Below are positions 22,006-32,360 of a stretch of DNA of 64,000 nt, one piece after another. The notes beneath the pieces are model-generated. The model was not told the DNA's origin, ran no database searches, and worked only from the letters and a program-made list of their open reading frames with translations. Position 1 is the first letter of the stretch, and every line of letters starts with the position of its first letter. The stretch is taken from NCBI GenBank assembly GCA_963744145.1, contig CAVUSO010000001.1, forward strand, positions 5,952,001 to 6,016,000. The letters run 5' to 3'. The translations under genes were made by a program, and so were the position numbers. The DNA comes from an uncultured cyanobacterium. Lineage in GTDB: Bacteria > Cyanobacteriota > Cyanobacteriia > Cyanobacteriales > CAWUOF01.

Positions 22006-22398
22006 TTAATTAATCCTGGGACAGCGTTGTTCTAGACAGCTTTGTAGTGTTTTCGGATCGAATAGCATGGGCACAAAATGAATGCTCTTTACTTCTTTAA
22101 AGTAGAACAAGATGGGCACAGGATGCCAGAAAATTCGCCAATTTTGCCATTCTTGATAGGGAAAGCGCCGAATTAAGTTGTCAGAACGATAGATATCTAA
22201 GTCCGTTGGTGTGAATTTTAAGCGAATGGTGATGGTTTGGAAGAGTAGGAATAAGCCAAATATCGCGATCGCAAAACTTAACCAGGGTTGCCAAAATAAT
22301 AGTGGAATTGCCGCTCCTACCAAGGCAATGGGTAGGATATAGCTAGGAGAGAGTTCAATTGTCTGTGTTGATGAAAAAGAAGATGTAGTAGTGGTCAC
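22006..22398 (-). CDS. DUF3119-family membrane protein
   Basis: RRFPY.EW.NW..FW, ILFYFKEVKSIHF; usual position between mlaE and DUF3086. Confidence 0.85.
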   Translation of the reverse strand: MTTTTSSFSSTQTIELSPSYILPIALVGAAIPLLFWQPWLSFAIAIFGLFLLFQTITIRLKFTPTDLDIYRSDNLIRRFPYQEWQNWRIFWHPVPILFYFKEVKSIHFVPMLFDPKTLQSCLEQRCPRIN

Positions 22399-22464
22399 AA
22401 ATTTTGATCTCCTTGAGGCCCGAAAGTTAAGTTAATATCTTCTATATTTTAAAGGCTCAAGCCA

Positions 22465-23262
22465 TCAGAGACTTTTTAGCACAGCACTACCATTTCCAGG
22501 AAACATCACCCAAGAAAGGAAAAAGTTGGCAACAAAAATAGACAACAGAGCAGTTACTACTGCTGCGGTGGTGGATTGTCCTACTCCTTTGGCTCCACCT
22601 GTCGTGGTCAAACCCCAACTACACCCAATCACTGCAATCAATGCGCCAAAGCAACAGGCTTTAATTAGACAACTACTAATATCCCATACATCTAAGAATT
22701 TCCGAACTGAGTCAATAAAGATGGCCGAGGAGATATGATAAATATTCGCAGAAATTAGCAATCCTCCTGCTATCCCGGTCATGAGGGAGAAGATGGTTAA
22801 AATTGGTAGCAGTACACAACAGGCAATTACACGGGGAATTACTAGGTAATCGATCGGGTCAGTTTTGAGCATATATAGAGCGTCAATTTGCTCTGTAACT
22901 TGCATGGTGCCAATTTCAGCAGCAAAAGCTGATCCTACTCTTCCTGCTAAGATGACTGCGGTTAAAACTGGTCCTAATTCCCGCGCTAAGGATAAGGCTA
23001 ATACACCCCCCACCGCAGTACCTGCACCTAAGCTAATAAATTCTCTTGCTACTTGGATCGTAAAGACCATCCCCACGAAACTAGCAGTTAATAGGGCAAT
23101 AAACAGAGATTCTGGGCCAACAATGATCATCTGCTCAATGGTGTTCCGTCGATGGATCTTACCTGCTAGTAAATGGACTAAAACTTGACCACCTAAAAGA
23201 ATAGCGGCGAGAAGACGTTGACTCCATACTTCCAGACTAGGACGATTAGTGGGTTGGTTCAA
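22465..23262 (-). CDS. mlaE: MlaE/TGD1 (Ycf63-like) lipid ABC transporter permease
   Basis: RELGPVLTA, GSAFAAEIGTM.VTEQIDAL, GGAKGVG. Confidence 0.92.
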   Translation of the reverse strand: MNQPTNRPSLEVWSQRLLAAILLGGQVLVHLLAGKIHRRNTIEQMIIVGPESLFIALLTASFVGMVFTIQVAREFISLGAGTAVGGVLALSLARELGPVLTAVILAGRVGSAFAAEIGTMQVTEQIDALYMLKTDPIDYLVIPRVIACCVLLPILTIFSLMTGIAGGLLISANIYHISSAIFIDSVRKFLDVWDISSCLIKACCFGALIAVIGCSWGLTTTGGAKGVGQSTTAAVVTALLSIFVANFFLSWVMFPGNGSAVLKSL

Positions 23263-23549
23263 TGTGAAGTTATGTTATGGCTTTTTGAACTCATTTGTAT
23301 TTCTAATAATGATTTTAATCTACGATTTACTCTGCGAATCCCTGATCTTGGGAAAAAAACCTGATTAACTCGGAGTGGGATTGCGGCTAGATGAATTATG
23401 GTTACAGATCTTCACCAAGATTTTTTAATGAATTTTTAAGATTTCTGACAACTTAGTTATAGTAATGCGATCGCTCGTATTGTAGATCAAGGTTACGTTG
23501 TCCATTATGTCTGCTTTCAGGCCATTTAGCTGGACTTAATCTAGATTTT

Positions 23550-23843
23550 ATGAGTATTTTACCCAATTTTCTTTGCTCCTTGTTATTGACTACTGTTTTC
23601 AGTTTTACGGTTCCCCTACTTTTCATTGGGGGCATTTTGGGCAGTTTATTTTTGCTCAGTTATATACCAAATCTGGAATTGTTGGGTCAATCTGGGGCTG
23701 AACAAATTTTGGAGTTTCTGTCCACTTTTGGCAGTGGACATCCAGGGGAAGGGTTGTTAATTATTGGGATAACTTGTAGTTTAGTGGGAGCAATGTTTGA
23801 TACCTACGCTTTTTACAGGTATCAGAATTTGCGGGGACAATAA
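23550..23843 (+). CDS. Small conserved membrane protein
   Basis: Two hydrophobic segments, FL.TFGSG, VGAMFDTY. Confidence 0.7.
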   Translation: MSILPNFLCSLLLTTVFSFTVPLLFIGGILGSLFLLSYIPNLELLGQSGAEQILEFLSTFGSGHPGEGLLIIGITCSLVGAMFDTYAFYRYQNLRGQ

Positions 23844-24036
23844 CCTGAGTTTAACTATTCAATGTTGGTGTTTGTGATATTAGCAATCGAATTGTTTTGA
23901 TCAAAAAAGTACGGCAATTACGATCGCTGTTGGGAAAACAACCGAATCTCTTAATTTTTGAGTCTCCAGTATATTAGAAGCAAGCTGAAAGAACAGCTTT
24001 GCATCTCTTAAATTCTAGTTAAAGGAGGCAACAATT

Positions 24037-24477
24037 ATGGCTCTGATTCGTTGGGAACCTTTCCGGGAAGTTGAAAGCTTACAACGGGAAATGAACCGTC
24101 TTTTTGATGCCATGAACCCGAGTAGCGATGGAGTTTCTAATAACCTTGTCTTTGCACCAGCAGCGGAACTTCAAGAAACTTCGGATGCAATTCATCTGAA
24201 AATTGAAATTCCTGGTTTAGAAGCAAAAGACTTAGATGTTCAAGTAACGGCTGAAGCCGTGTCTATTCGTGGTGAACGTCGTTCGGAAAGCAAGACAGAA
24301 GAAAAAGGTGTTTTTCGGACTGAATTTCGCTACGGGAAGTTTCAAAGAGTAATTCCTCTACCAGTCCGAATTCAGAATGACAAAGTAGAGGCGGAGTATA
24401 AAAATGGTGTTCTGACTCTCAACTTACCAAAAGCGGAAGAAGAGAAAAACAAAATTGTCAAAATTAACCTCGGCTAA
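24037..24477 (+). CDS. hspA: Small heat-shock protein Hsp20
   Basis: MALIRWEPFRE, EFRYGKFQR, NGVLTL; AGGAGG RBS. Confidence 0.93.
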   Translation: MALIRWEPFREVESLQREMNRLFDAMNPSSDGVSNNLVFAPAAELQETSDAIHLKIEIPGLEAKDLDVQVTAEAVSIRGERRSESKTEEKGVFRTEFRYGKFQRVIPLPVRIQNDKVEAEYKNGVLTLNLPKAEEEKNKIVKINLG

Positions 24478-24513
24478 TTTATCGCTAGGTTAAATCATCC
24501 TAGATTTTGATCG

Positions 24514-24547
24514 AAAAACAGTCCTAATCCTTAGGGCTGTTTTTTTG
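24514..24547 (+). terminator. Rho-independent terminator
   Basis: AAAAACAGTCCTAA-TCC-TTAGGGCTGTTTTTTT. Confidence 0.8.
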
Positions 24548-24770
24548 TTTAATCAATCTTTGGCATAAAAATGTTACTGCGATCGCCAATAAATTTTGTC
24601 CAGATTATTGTTAATTGGAATAGTCGCAAATATCAGTCCTAGTTATAGAGAATATTTCGCAAAACAAATTTTCTAGTTGAGCTAAAGTAGCTGTCTATAA
24701 AAAAAAGATATATAATTATTGACTGCTACAGTAGTTTAAAGGCAAAATCTAGTTCAATAAGAGTGTTGAG

Positions 24771-25235
24771 GTGGTAATGAATCGTCGTACTTTTCTTGGT
24801 TGGGTGGGTGTTGGTTGGTTAGCTAGTTCTTTACCCATTGCGATCGCTGCTTGTTCTAATCAGACCAAAACCGAAACTTCTGGGACCCCAACACCTCCTC
24901 ACCCCCCAAACAATGATGGATTTAAGGTGATTGGTACTGTTTCTCAGTTAGATCAGAAAGGAAAAATTCTCAATAAACAATTTTCTAGTCACGGAGTATT
25001 AGTAGTTCGTCACCCTGATGACCCTAATCGCTTATCTGCGGTCAATCCGATCTGTACTCATAAGGGTTGTACAGTAGACTGGAAAAAAGATAGTAAAGTA
25101 TTTGATTGTCCTTGTCATCATGCTAAATTTACCGCTGATGGCAAAATAGTTAAAGGACCGGCTAAAGAACCTTTGGCTACTTATGAAGTAAAAATTGCTG
25201 GTGATTCTATTTTAGTTAAAGAAAAACAATCCTAG
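24771..25235 (+). CDS. Tat-exported Rieske [2Fe-2S] lipoprotein (PetC3-like)
   Basis: NRRTFL Tat motif, IAAC lipobox, CTHKGC and CPCHH. Confidence 0.9.
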   Translation: MVMNRRTFLGWVGVGWLASSLPIAIAACSNQTKTETSGTPTPPHPPNNDGFKVIGTVSQLDQKGKILNKQFSSHGVLVVRHPDDPNRLSAVNPICTHKGCTVDWKKDSKVFDCPCHHAKFTADGKIVKGPAKEPLATYEVKIAGDSILVKEKQS

Positions 25236-25366
25236 TAATTTGTATGGGAGACTATTCCGAGGGTGCGATAGTCTCCCTGATGGAAAAATAATTGAGTGCT
25301 AAAATGAAATTTTCACAAAAGTTACTCACTAACCAAGTAAATAATTAGCGGAAATGGTCTAAACTG

Positions 25367-25966
25367 ATGACAAATCTAATTGCATTTCGGAAATTACACC
25401 GGAAAATTGCTCCCCTTATCTTCCTACCTTTAATTCTTGCTGCAATTACAGGAATTCTTTACAGTTTAGCCACTAATTGGCTGGGGATAGATGAAAGCGC
25501 CGCACATATCTTGATGAAAATTCATAAAGGTCAATATCTCGGCTATCAATTATCATCAGCTTATGTGATTTTACTTGGTTTAGGCTCAATCGGGATGATT
25601 GTGACTGGTTTAACTATGATTAAGTTATTTCCCAGTAAACGTCCCCAACGACCAGGTGCTAAACTCGATTTTCGTCGAATTCATCGTCTGGTTGCACCTG
25701 TGTTCTTTTTACCTTTAACCATTAGTACCATCACTGGTGTAGCCTATCAAGTGGGACACAGTTTGTTACGAATAGATGATGAAAAAGTAGAAATTTTTAT
25801 GATTATTCATCAGGGAGAATATCTGGGCGATTTCTTGAAGGTAGTTTATGTACTATTGGTGGGATTAGGGGCGATCGCCCTCTTAATAACGGGTTTAGAT
25901 ATGACCGGTATATTTCGCAAACCCCGTCAAACTAACCCACCCACTCATCACGACTCTGAGTCATAA
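25367..25966 (+). CDS. PepSY-associated TM-helix membrane protein (internally duplicated)
   Basis: RKLHR..ITG..IHKG.YLG and RRIHR..ITG..IHQGEYLG; four TM segments. Confidence 0.8.
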   Translation: MTNLIAFRKLHRKIAPLIFLPLILAAITGILYSLATNWLGIDESAAHILMKIHKGQYLGYQLSSAYVILLGLGSIGMIVTGLTMIKLFPSKRPQRPGAKLDFRRIHRLVAPVFFLPLTISTITGVAYQVGHSLLRIDDEKVEIFMIIHQGEYLGDFLKVVYVLLVGLGAIALLITGLDMTGIFRKPRQTNPPTHHDSES

Positions 25967-26267
25967 TACTCATATTTTCTCCGAAGATCAGCTCTTGACT
26001 TCTCAACCGTAGCACTAATATAATTGCCGAATCGGATTTTAACCACGATTATTTAAAAATAATACCTTTTTTTTCTAAACTTAATGATAAATTTTTTCGA
26101 TAAAGTAAGCAATAAACTCTATACTATAGAAGAGAATTAGCAATAAATGGCCAAAAAAAAGAGTAATATTTGGCTTGAAAAGCTTATTTTACAGGCTTTT
26201 TGGGTCAAAGTTACATATTTATTGAGTAATTCTTAATGACAAACTATATGGGTGTGAAGGAGAAAAT

Positions 26268-28142
26268 ATGTTACAGATTGGACGAACTGTTTTAGTAATG
26301 ACCCCAGCAATAGTAGGAGTAGTCCTCTTATCGAGTCTAAATGCAATGGGGGTAGAAAAACCCTTAGACTCCCCCTTCGACTTCGCCCTTCGACTTCGCC
26401 CCCTTCGACTACGCTCAGGGCAAGCTTCGACTACGCTCAGGGTAAACTCAGGGAACACTCAGGGCAAGGCTCAGGGTAAACCAAAATTGCCGAAACCCGA
26501 AATTGCTCAGATTGAAGCGATCGGGAATCAAGATCACGATGACATGCTAGGAAGCGAAACAGATTCAGCTAGTCTGTTAGAGGAACCGGATTTAATCGGG
26601 AGAAGTTCAGATGGTAAAGTTACCACAGTTTCTGAATTATCGGACGTTCAACCAACTGACTGGGCTTTTCAAGCAATCCAATCATTAGTAGAACGCTATG
26701 GTTGTATAGCAGGATATCCTGATGGTACGTTTAAGGGAAACCGCGCTTTAACTCGATACGAATTTGCCGCAGGTTTAAACGCTTGTATGGATAAAGTATC
26801 ACAATTAATCGCAGCTAACGGTGGTCAGGGAATCAGGAAAGAAGACTTAGGAATTTTGCAAAAACTCCAAGAACAATTTGCCACAGAATTAACCAATTTG
26901 CGGGGAAGAGTAGATTCTTTAGAAAAACGTACCGCTGAAATTGCCGCCCATCAATTTTCTCCCAGCACTAAATTAAATGCTGAATCAATTTTTGCCTTCA
27001 TAGATGTTGGTGGAAAAAATGCTAGTGGTCAAAATATCTATAGTTCTGGGGTGCTAGGAACAAGAACTCGTCTCAATTTTGATACTAGCTTTGTTGGTGA
27101 AGATAACCTCAGAGTTCGACTCCAAGTTGCTAACTTAGATGCTTTATCTAATAATACCACCCAGACGACAGAAGGAGATTTACGCTTTACCACTCCTACC
27201 CCTTATCAAAAAGGTAGTAATCAGATCCTTTTAGATGCTCTTTTGTATTCTTTTCCGATTGGGAAACAAACTACTGTAGTTCTTGAAGGTAACGCTGGAG
27301 CTGCTGATGACTTTACTAATACCATTAATCCTTATATTGATGGTGATGGAGGTAACGGTGCTTTATCGCAATTTGGCACCCGTAATCCCATTTATTATTT
27401 AGTTAATGGTACGGGACTGGGAATTAGGCATCAATTTAATGACAAACTAGAACTTAGTCTGGGATATTTAGCTAATAATGCTAATGATCCTAGTAACAAT
27501 GGAGGATTATTCAATGGAGCTTATGGTGCGATCGCGCAATTAACTGTTAAACCTAACGAAAAATTTACCTTTGGTTTAACCTACGTCAATTCGTATAATA
27601 ACGATTTCACTGCCAATGGTAGCAGTGGTAGCAATCGTGCTAATATCACTTCAGCCTTACTCAGCGATAATGGTGGTTTACCAAGCAGTTTAGCACCTTT
27701 GCGAGGTTCATTGTTATCAAATTCTCGCAATTCATACGGTGTAGAAGCATCCTGGCAAATTAGCCCTAAGTTTGTGATTAATAGTTGGGGTGGTTATACG
27801 GCTACACGCATTTTATCTACTTTGAGTGGAGCAACTAATCGAGGGGATTTGAGTATTTGGAATTGGGGAGTTACTTTAGGATTTCCAGATTTGTTGAAAG
27901 CCGGTAGTTTAGGGGGTATTGTAGTGGGGATGGAACCACAAGTAACCAGTGTTAGCAATTCTTTAAAAGGAACGATCGGCAAAGATCCAAATACTGCTTT
28001 TCATATTGAAGGTTTTTACCAGTATAAAGTCTCTGATTATATAGCGATTACTCCTGGACTTATCTGGATTACCTCTGCTGATGATAATAAGAGTGACGGT
28101 AGTATTGTGATTGGTGCTATCCGGACAACATTTACCTTCTAA
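26268..28142 (+). CDS. SLH-domain OprB-type ('iron uptake') porin with repeat-derived N-terminal insert
   Basis: DVQPTDWAFQA, GYPDGTF, TRYEFAAGL, C-terminal RTTFTF. Confidence 0.93.
   Translation: MLQIGRTVLVMTPAIVGVVLLSSLNAMGVEKPLDSPFDFALRLRPLRLRSGQASTTLRVNSGNTQGKAQGKPKLPKPEIAQIEAIGNQDHDDMLGSETDSASLLEEPDLIGRSSDGKVTTVSELSDVQPTDWAFQAIQSLVERYGCIAGYPDGTFKGNRALTRYEFAAGLNACMDKVSQLIAANGGQGIRKEDLGILQKLQEQFATELTNLRGRVDSLEKRTAEIAAHQFSPSTKLNAESIFAFIDVGGKNASGQNIYSSGVLGTRTRLNFDTSFVGEDNLRVRLQVANLDALSNNTTQTTEGDLRFTTPTPYQKGSNQILLDALLYSFPIGKQTTVVLEGNAGAADDFTNTINPYIDGDGGNGALSQFGTRNPIYYLVNGTGLGIRHQFNDKLELSLGYLANNANDPSNNGGLFNGAYGAIAQLTVKPNEKFTFGLTYVNSYNNDFTANGSSGSNRANITSALLSDNGGLPSSLAPLRGSLLSNSRNSYGVEASWQISPKFVINSWGGYTATRILSTLSGATNRGDLSIWNWGVTLGFPDLLKAGSLGGIVVGMEPQVTSVSNSLKGTIGKDPNTAFHIEGFYQYKVSDYIAITPGLIWITSADDNKSDGSIVIGAIRTTFTF
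26361..26480 (+). repeat. Self-nested array of ~24-nt small dispersed repeats inside the porin ORF
   Basis: Unit (CC)CTTCGACT(A/T)CGCTCAGGG(C/T)AA(G/A): 3 left halves, 2 full units, 3 right halves; 120 nt. Confidence 0.85.
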
Positions 28143-28449
28143 AATTTTCTCTAGCTAGAACTTCTGATCAGTTTCTACTGAAGAGGTTTAACAGCTTAGT
28201 TTCAGCCCAAAAATACCGCCATATCTATCTATAATTACCGGATTTTAGAATAAATGGCGGTATGCTAATGGAAAAATGATTAAACTTTTTCTAATGGGAT
28301 TTTCCGACCAGCGATCGCCCTATTTTATTTCTCGATATTCTCAGATTGATGAGTTAGCATAAAGTAATTGTAAATTTTTGACAAAAACCCTTTTTTAGGT
28401 TAGATTAATGGCTAATGAAACTTTGACTTGCCAATTGGTAAGATAAACT

Positions 28450-28752
28450 ATGACCAAAAATGTACTAACTTGGTTCAGCTATTCTAGTTCAATGGCTTTA
28501 GTCCTGCTAACCGTGACTATAGCCAATGCTAGTGAAGTAAAATCACCATCGGTGCCATTATCAGTACCAACGGTAACAGATACCCAAACAATCGGTGCAA
28601 AAGTCCAAGGATCTGGTCCCTATTCCGCACTGGATGTGAATAGTGATACAATTGGAGATATCGCGATCGCCAAATTTGGTTGCGATTGTCCAGCTTGTCG
28701 GAACCAAGCACTCCAAATGATTCAGTTAGGGAAAATAAGTCTTACTCGTTAG
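28450..28752 (+). CDS. Small secreted protein with AKFGCxCxxC motif
   Basis: Signal peptide ending ANA; IAIAKFGCDCPACRN. Confidence 0.8.
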   Translation: MTKNVLTWFSYSSSMALVLLTVTIANASEVKSPSVPLSVPTVTDTQTIGAKVQGSGPYSALDVNSDTIGDIAIAKFGCDCPACRNQALQMIQLGKISLTR

Positions 28753-28927
28753 TCTTTCTGATGAGAACGGTTAACTAGATGGGGTACATTTACCCCATGT
28801 TGGATTGAAAATTACCATCACATTGGGTCTTTTCTCACCTGAATAAAAAATTAAGTGGTTAGTCAATGCTTAAATCAGTTAAGTGTTGTAACTAAATTCG
28901 GCTCAAACCTACTTGTGGCAATAGATT

Positions 28928-29227
28928 ATGAATAAAAATGTCTTGACTTTATTGGGTTGCACTGGTTCTTTATCTTTGCTCCTGTTAACAGGTAATAGTG
29001 CTAGTGCTAGAATGGCTAACGCCCAAGATGCAGCTTTCCCTGAAGCAAACAAGATTGAAGCACCAAGCACTAATAATAGTATTTCTCAAGAAGAACCCCA
29101 ATCATCACAAGTCCTATTTAACCAAAAAGTTGAGTTGATTGCCTTAGCTAAGTTTGGTTGTGCTTGTGCTAACTGTCAAAATTTAGTCCGTCAAATGATC
29201 AGTTCTGGTCAAATTCAAGCAAACTAA
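28928..29227 (+). CDS. Small secreted protein with AKFGCxCxxC motif (paralog)
   Basis: Signal peptide ending ASA; IALAKFGCACANCQN. Confidence 0.8.
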   Translation: MNKNVLTLLGCTGSLSLLLLTGNSASARMANAQDAAFPEANKIEAPSTNNSISQEEPQSSQVLFNQKVELIALAKFGCACANCQNLVRQMISSGQIQAN

Positions 29228-29636
29228 ACCTATATTTATAAACAACGGGGATTGGATTAGGTTAAATCATCCCCGCTGCCTAAACTAGACCCATCATTTG
29301 TCCCATTTGAGAGAGGTGAGCTTTGGACAGATTGGATCATAGGGGATAGAAAAGTTATAGTAATTACGGATATTTCCCTGATCCCTATCTTGAGATTGCT
29401 GATCCCTAATGCCTTGAGATGATTACCATCAACAAAAATCTATTGAGTAAATCCATAAATCATTAATAAATTTAATCTAAATTTTATTGAATAGATTGCA
29501 TAAATCTAATATGATACATAGATATTACTGAATTAGTCAGCTTTTTTCTCATAAGAAAAAATAATCTCTAGAAAAAAGTATTGATCTAAATACCTAACTC
29601 TGCCATAGTTAATAAGGTACTCTTGAATATGGCAAT

Positions 29637-30614
29637 ATGTTAATCCAACCTTTAACGATTCTTAAGGAACGCGATCAAGCTGGCAATAATGATGCTGAAG
29701 ATGTGATTCAAGGTTTAAGGAAAAATCCAAAAACTTTACCAGCAAAATATCTTTATGATCATGATGGTTCTCAATTATTTGAAAAAATCTGTGAGTTACC
29801 AGAATATTATCCAACCAGAACCGAAGCATTTATTTTGAGCGAATCTGCTGATGAAATTGCTCAGATCACAGGTACTTGCGAATTATTAGAATTAGGAAGT
29901 GGGAGTTCTACTAAAACTCGGATTCTGTTAGATGCTTATCAAAGCCAAGGATATCACTGTAAATATGTACCGATCGACGTGAGTGAAAGTATTCTGAAAT
30001 ATAGCGTTAATCAATTACAACAGCAATATCCCAATTTACATATTAAAGCATTAGTTGGAACTTATGAACAGGCGCTAGCACAATTAACTCCTACAGCTTT
30101 ACCAGCAAGAATGATTTTTTTCTTGGGGAGTTCTATGGGAAACTTTACTATCCAAGAATACGATACTTTTTTAAACCAAATTAATGATGTCCTCAACCCA
30201 GGAGATTATTTTTTGCTAGGGATTGACCTGCAAAAACCAAAAGAAATTTTAGAAGCAGCTTATAACGACAGTCAAGGAGTAACATCAGCTTTTAACCTGA
30301 ATATACTCTCCCATTTAAACTGGCGTTTTCAGGGTAACTTTAACATTAATTCATTTACCCATCAAGCCACTTATAATCAACAGGAAAATCAAATTGAAAT
30401 GTATTTACATTGCCAAGAAAGCCAGGTAGTACATTTGCAAAACCTTGACTTGAAAGTAAATTTTCAAGCTGGGGAATACATTCGCACGGAAATTTCGCGT
30501 AAATTTCAATTAGAAGCGGTGCAAAAAGAACTAGAATTAAAAGGATTAAAACCCTTAAAAGTATTTACAGATCCACGAAATTGGTTTGGTTTAATTCTTT
30601 GTCAATCATTCTAA
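29637..30614 (+). CDS. egtD: L-histidine N-alpha-methyltransferase
   Basis: LPAKYLYD, LPEYYPTRTE, ELGSGSS.KT, AAYNDSQGVT, TEISRKF. Confidence 0.93.
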   Translation: MLIQPLTILKERDQAGNNDAEDVIQGLRKNPKTLPAKYLYDHDGSQLFEKICELPEYYPTRTEAFILSESADEIAQITGTCELLELGSGSSTKTRILLDAYQSQGYHCKYVPIDVSESILKYSVNQLQQQYPNLHIKALVGTYEQALAQLTPTALPARMIFFLGSSMGNFTIQEYDTFLNQINDVLNPGDYFLLGIDLQKPKEILEAAYNDSQGVTSAFNLNILSHLNWRFQGNFNINSFTHQATYNQQENQIEMYLHCQESQVVHLQNLDLKVNFQAGEYIRTEISRKFQLEAVQKELELKGLKPLKVFTDPRNWFGLILCQSF

Positions 30615-30652
30615 TGAGATTAAGTTCTTATTCCAAATTTACTTAAAAAACC

Positions 30653-31987
30653 ATGAATAATAGTAGCAAATGTGTATCACCGATTCAACTGAATAATTGC
30701 ACAACAGAAACCATTTTCAATTACTTTCAAAATGCTTGGGAGTGGGAAGATGTACTAATGAACAGCATCGTGGGAGAAGAAGCGTTTTATCTTAACCCAG
30801 ATTTATTAAGAAACCCCCTAATTTTTTATTTAGGTCATTCTGCTGCTTTTTACATTAACAAATTAATCCGAGTTAATTTGTTAGCAAAACATCTTAATCC
30901 AGATTATGAAAGATTGTTTGGAGTTGGCGTTGATCCACAAACTTATAAGGAACTAAATACAGTTATTTCTAAAATTAAATGGCCCAGTTTAGCTCAGACT
31001 TGGGAATATCGTCATCAAGTTTATGGAATAGTTTCTGAGCTAATTAAAAATCTCACCCTGGATCTACCAATTCATCAAAATCATCCTCTTTGGGCTCTAA
31101 TGATGGTGATCGAACATCAGCGAGTTCATATCGAAACTTCTTCGATGCTGATCCGACAACTTCCGATTGAGAAAGTTGCCCATCCCCAGAACTGGGAGTA
31201 TGCTCCTGGTAATGGTTACACTCGTGAAAATAAAATGATTGAAGTTGCTGGGGGAGTAGTAAAACTTGGCAAAAATAATGATGATTTAACATACGGATGG
31301 GATATTGATTATGGCGATCGCACGGTAGAGGTAAAATCTTTTTTAGCCAGCAAATATCTGATTACGAATGCAGATTTTTTTAACTTTGTCAAAGATCAGG
31401 GTTATGAAAACCCCAGCTATTGGGATGAGGAAGCTTGGAATTGGAAAACTGAATATGAGATTAAACATCCTAAATTCTGGATACCAGAAAATGATCATTA
31501 TAAATATCGTGCCATGTTTGACGAAATTGACTTACCATTTGATTGGCCCGTTGAAGTCAATCAGTATGAAGCGATCGCTTATTGTCGGTGGGTAGGTAAT
31601 CAGAGTCGATTAATGACTGAAGCTGAGTATCATCTAGCTACTTATCCTCATGGATTAGCAGCAGATCCAGATAATTACAATTTGAATTTAAAATTTGGTT
31701 CACCTCATCCAGTGGGTTTATTAGAAACAGCCAAAAGTGAGTGTGGATTGTATGATTTACGGGGGAATGTTTGGGAATGGCTAAGTGATAACTTAACTCC
31801 TTTTTCCGGATATCAACCTCATTTTCTGTATGAAGAGAATTCGGCGATTTATTTTGATACTAAGCACAATATGATGTTAGGTGGATCTTGGATTACTAAC
31901 GGCATCGAAGCATTAAAATATTACCGCAACTGGTTCCGTCCTCATTTTTATCAACACGCTGGGTTTAGAATTGTGCAAAATCAGTAA
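30653..31987 (+). CDS. OvoA-like sulfoxide synthase lacking the methyltransferase domain
   Basis: RNPLIFYLGH, EHQRVHIETSS (HxxxHxE), GNVWEW, FYQHAGFR; ends after the FGE-like domain. Confidence 0.88.
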   Translation: MNNSSKCVSPIQLNNCTTETIFNYFQNAWEWEDVLMNSIVGEEAFYLNPDLLRNPLIFYLGHSAAFYINKLIRVNLLAKHLNPDYERLFGVGVDPQTYKELNTVISKIKWPSLAQTWEYRHQVYGIVSELIKNLTLDLPIHQNHPLWALMMVIEHQRVHIETSSMLIRQLPIEKVAHPQNWEYAPGNGYTRENKMIEVAGGVVKLGKNNDDLTYGWDIDYGDRTVEVKSFLASKYLITNADFFNFVKDQGYENPSYWDEEAWNWKTEYEIKHPKFWIPENDHYKYRAMFDEIDLPFDWPVEVNQYEAIAYCRWVGNQSRLMTEAEYHLATYPHGLAADPDNYNLNLKFGSPHPVGLLETAKSECGLYDLRGNVWEWLSDNLTPFSGYQPHFLYEENSAIYFDTKHNMMLGGSWITNGIEALKYYRNWFRPHFYQHAGFRIVQNQ

Positions 31988-32360
31988 ATTGGAATCTACC
32001 GAATTCGGAATGTAATAAATTGCTGAAACCTTTATTCAAAATATCGCAAGTTCGGTAGAAAGGTAAATTGGGTTAGGGTGAATTTTTATGAACAGGACAA
32101 CTTATATACTGGAGTTTAGACTAAGCAAAATTAGCCCTGTTGAACCCCACCACCCCAGATCACACAGCAATTTGCTGGCTTGGCAAGGTAAAAATGATCA
32201 ACACCAACATTTAAGTGTACCTTAGCTATTTGGCATCTGAGGGCAATACTTATAATATATACTGAGTCGAACAAAAACATCTAAAAATTTCTTTGAGCAG
32301 ACAGAAGAGCGATCGCCCAGACATCAATAGTATTCTTATCCTTAGACCCTATCAATATAT

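Noticed and set aside
26219..26458. 79-aa minus-strand ORF
   Set aside because: Antisense translation of the small repeats in the porin gene
29637..31987. Selenoneine/ovoselenol or canonical ovothiol pathway
   Set aside because: No SenB/SelD-like genes nearby and no C-terminal methyltransferase domain; the egtD pairing fits the known cyanobacterial ergothioneine route
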